Assembly: GCA_965140705.1 (NCBI GenBank)
Contig: OZ223300.1
Coordinates: forward strand, 1,536,001 to 1,600,000
DNA length: 64,000 nucleotides
From: an uncultured Arcobacter sp.
GTDB lineage: Bacteria; Campylobacterota; Campylobacteria; Campylobacterales; Arcobacteraceae
Reading direction: 5' to 3'
Both the position numbers and the translations under genes were made by a program. The stretch's first letter is position 1, and each line of letters starts with the position of its first letter. The notes below the pieces were generated by a model. That model searched no databases. It saw only the letters and a list, made by a program, of their open reading frames with translations, and was not told the DNA's origin. Below, in pieces: positions 61,773-64,000 of this stretch.

Positions 61773-61788
61773 TTTATGTAAGTCTTCT

Positions 61789-63057
61789 CTAATTAGATTC
61801 ACCTTTAAATACTTTAAGTTCACTTTGTAAATTAGAAACTAAATCCACTAAAGATGCTATTCTTTTTTCATGTTCTACCCTTTTTTTATCAAGAGTTTTT
61901 ATTTGTTCTTCTTTATTATTAATAATAGACTTTAAATCTTCAATTTCTTTTGTTATTGTTTTATTATGATTTTTTACTATCAATAATTGTTTTGCCATTA
62001 TATCGAATTGTTTCTTTTTGTCCTGTTTCATCATTAAATCCATTTTATTGTATTCAATATTTTGGGTCTCATAAATTTCAAGTTGTGAAAGAAGATTTCG
62101 TATCTTACTTTCATAGGTAACTATTTTATCTTTAAGAAGTTGTGTATTATCATTAACTCCACTTGCTTTTAATATAATTTCTTCTTTCTCTTTTTTAAGG
62201 TTTGCAATCTCTTTTTTATATAAAGTCAATTGTTCTAAAAATTTTTTATTTTGTGCTCTTCTTTGGTTTTCTTCTTCTGTAACTAAAAACCTTATGCTAA
62301 TAAATTGAGTAATTTCTTTACCCGAATCATCATAAATTGGGATTATTTTTGTATTTACAAAATATGTTTCATTATCTTTAGATAGATGCTTTAATGTTCC
62401 TTCCCATATTTTGCCTTTTCTTGCCGTTTCCCATATCTCTTGGTATAAACTTGCTTGAACATCTGGATGCTTTAATATACTGTGATTTTTACCTAATATT
62501 TCATCTTCTAAATATCCTGATATATCAATAAAAGCATCATTTACAAAAGTAATATTTCCATCAAAATCAGTTTTTACAACTATTGCTTCTTTATTTAAAA
62601 CAGATAAGTAAGCTTCCATTTCTTTCTTTTGTAATTCAAAATTCTTTTTATAATATATTTCTTTACAAATTTTTTCTACACACTTATCAATCAATGAAAA
62701 ATCCAATGGTTTTAATAAATAAGAATTTACATTTAGATTTATTGCTTTAATCATCTGTTCAGATTCACTTCTTGCAGTTGTAAAAATAAAAGGAATATCT
62801 TTATTTAATTCTCTTATTTTTTCAAGAAGTTCTATACCATCGATTTTGGGCATATTAATATCACTAATAATTAAATCAAAAGGTTCTTTATCATTTGAAG
62901 CTTTAATAAAGGCATCATAGGCTTCAAAACCATTGCTACATAAGATTGATGTATCAAATTTTTTATTTAAATATTTACCAAAAATCATTCTTGCTTGGTC
63001 TTCATCTTCAACATATAAAACCTTTAATTTTTTGATAAAGTCTTTAATGTTTTCCAT
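61789..63057 (-). CDS. Response regulator with PAS domain and C-terminal coiled coil
   Basis: VLYVEDE, DINMPKIDG, KP; PAS domain (KTDFDGNITFVN, GKNHSILKHPD). Confidence 0.88.
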   Translation of the reverse strand: MENIKDFIKKLKVLYVEDEDQARMIFGKYLNKKFDTSILCSNGFEAYDAFIKASNDKEPFDLIISDINMPKIDGIELLEKIRELNKDIPFIFTTARSESEQMIKAINLNVNSYLLKPLDFSLIDKCVEKICKEIYYKKNFELQKKEMEAYLSVLNKEAIVVKTDFDGNITFVNDAFIDISGYLEDEILGKNHSILKHPDVQASLYQEIWETARKGKIWEGTLKHLSKDNETYFVNTKIIPIYDDSGKEITQFISIRFLVTEEENQRRAQNKKFLEQLTLYKKEIANLKKEKEEIILKASGVNDNTQLLKDKIVTYESKIRNLLSQLEIYETQNIEYNKMDLMMKQDKKKQFDIMAKQLLIVKNHNKTITKEIEDLKSIINNKEEQIKTLDKKRVEHEKRIASLVDLVSNLQSELKVFKGESN

Positions 63058-63198
63058 ATAAATATCCTTTTGTAATATAAAAGTTATTAATTTTATTATT
63101 CTTAAACTAAAAACTTGCTAATTTAAAATAATAATAATAAAATATAATGTCTTGTATTATAATGTATTTTACTATTAAATTTAAAATGTGAGTCAATA

Positions 63199-64000
63199 AT
63201 GTTAGAGTTCATAAAAAATTTTAAAAAAAGCATTGGATATATTCTTATTAAAAAGGTATACCTTACATATTTTATTATTATGATAATTTTCATGTTTTAT
63301 CAAATTTTTTCAGAGTATGATAATAATAAAAAAGAGGCTTATAAACAATTTTATAAAGTAGAAAAAGTTTATAAAGATTTATTCTCAAAATATCATATTG
63401 ATAAAGATAATTTTGCATTTGATGAAATAACAAAAACTATTTTTAAAACTAGTAATATTTCTGGACTTGTAGCGATTGACGGCTCAAAAAACTTTAAGTT
63501 CTTTAAAGGAGATATCAGTACATCATTTATAAAAGATGTAAATAAAAATAATAAAGACGTAAGCTTTTATGAAGATAATTATTTTTTTCAACATAAAATA
63601 AAAATTGATGTTTATGATAAAAAAGATTTAGAATTAATTTTATTTATCAAAAAAACTGATATTTATAATCTTGTCTGGGATACAGTATTTCTTATTTTGT
63701 TAAATATGATTTTTGGTATGATTATTCTTTGGGTACTTTTTTCAATTTTTACTGCAAAATACTTAATAAAACCACTTAATACAATTATTGATGCTACAAA
63801 TAAATTTGATATTGAAGAACATGAATTTGTAGAAATAGATTTAAATGAACTACAAAAAAATGAATTCTATAAACTATCTAATATATTTAATAAAATGTCA
63901 AAAAGAATCAATGAAGCTTATATCAATATGGAACAGTTATCTATGATAAAAGAGATTCAAAAAAACAAGCTAGAAGATCAAAAAGCAGAATTAATCCAAG
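63199..64000 (+). CDS. Membrane sensor with HAMP domain (partial; probable histidine kinase)
   Basis: Open frame MLEFIKNFKKSIG... to the window end; two TM segments, IKPLNTII...EFYKLSNIFNKM HAMP pattern. Confidence 0.75.
   Translation, partial: MLEFIKNFKKSIGYILIKKVYLTYFIIMIIFMFYQIFSEYDNNKKEAYKQFYKVEKVYKDLFSKYHIDKDNFAFDEITKTIFKTSNISGLVAIDGSKNFKFFKGDISTSFIKDVNKNNKDVSFYEDNYFFQHKIKIDVYDKKDLELILFIKKTDIYNLVWDTVFLILLNMIFGMIILWVLFSIFTAKYLIKPLNTIIDATNKFDIEEHEFVEIDLNELQKNEFYKLSNIFNKMSKRINEAYINMEQLSMIKEIQKNKLEDQKAELIQ

Overview
AT-rich chromosomal segment of a Campylobacterota bacterium, most likely an Arcobacteraceae member. This is inferred from gene content (fused CcsBA, dimeric dUTPase, many Cache/PAS histidine kinases) and from TATAAT-type promoters without a clear -35. 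It holds about 60 CDS and one tRNA-Val(GAC); I found no rRNA, CRISPR array, transposase, integrase or prophage. Main blocks: (1) an HxlR-controlled quinone/flavin reductase operon with a truncated ABM gene; (2) thiI, a cytoplasmic protein with two LRR-like modules, an ABC-F ATPase and ligA; (3) downstream of tRNA-Val, a usp-tctDE operon and a tctC-tctB-tctA-tctC' transporter whose three promoters share an 18-bp box at identical spacing; (4) chemotaxis, c-di-GMP and housekeeping genes; (5) a furan-fatty-acid (ufaM/ufaD/ufaO-like) photo-oxidative-stress cluster with two lipocalins, pdxH, an EAL protein and the TIGR03916/TIGR03915 radical-SAM pair; (6) trpB, dnaJ, and recR followed by a small Cys4 protein missing from the ORF track, a kinase and an HTH-dUTPase fusion; (7) a Crp/Fnr-GNAT-DUF711 cassette with a TTAAC-N4-GTTAA palindrome at about -41.5. 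Several genes appear to be leaderless. All calls come from reading the sequence by eye; no searches were run.
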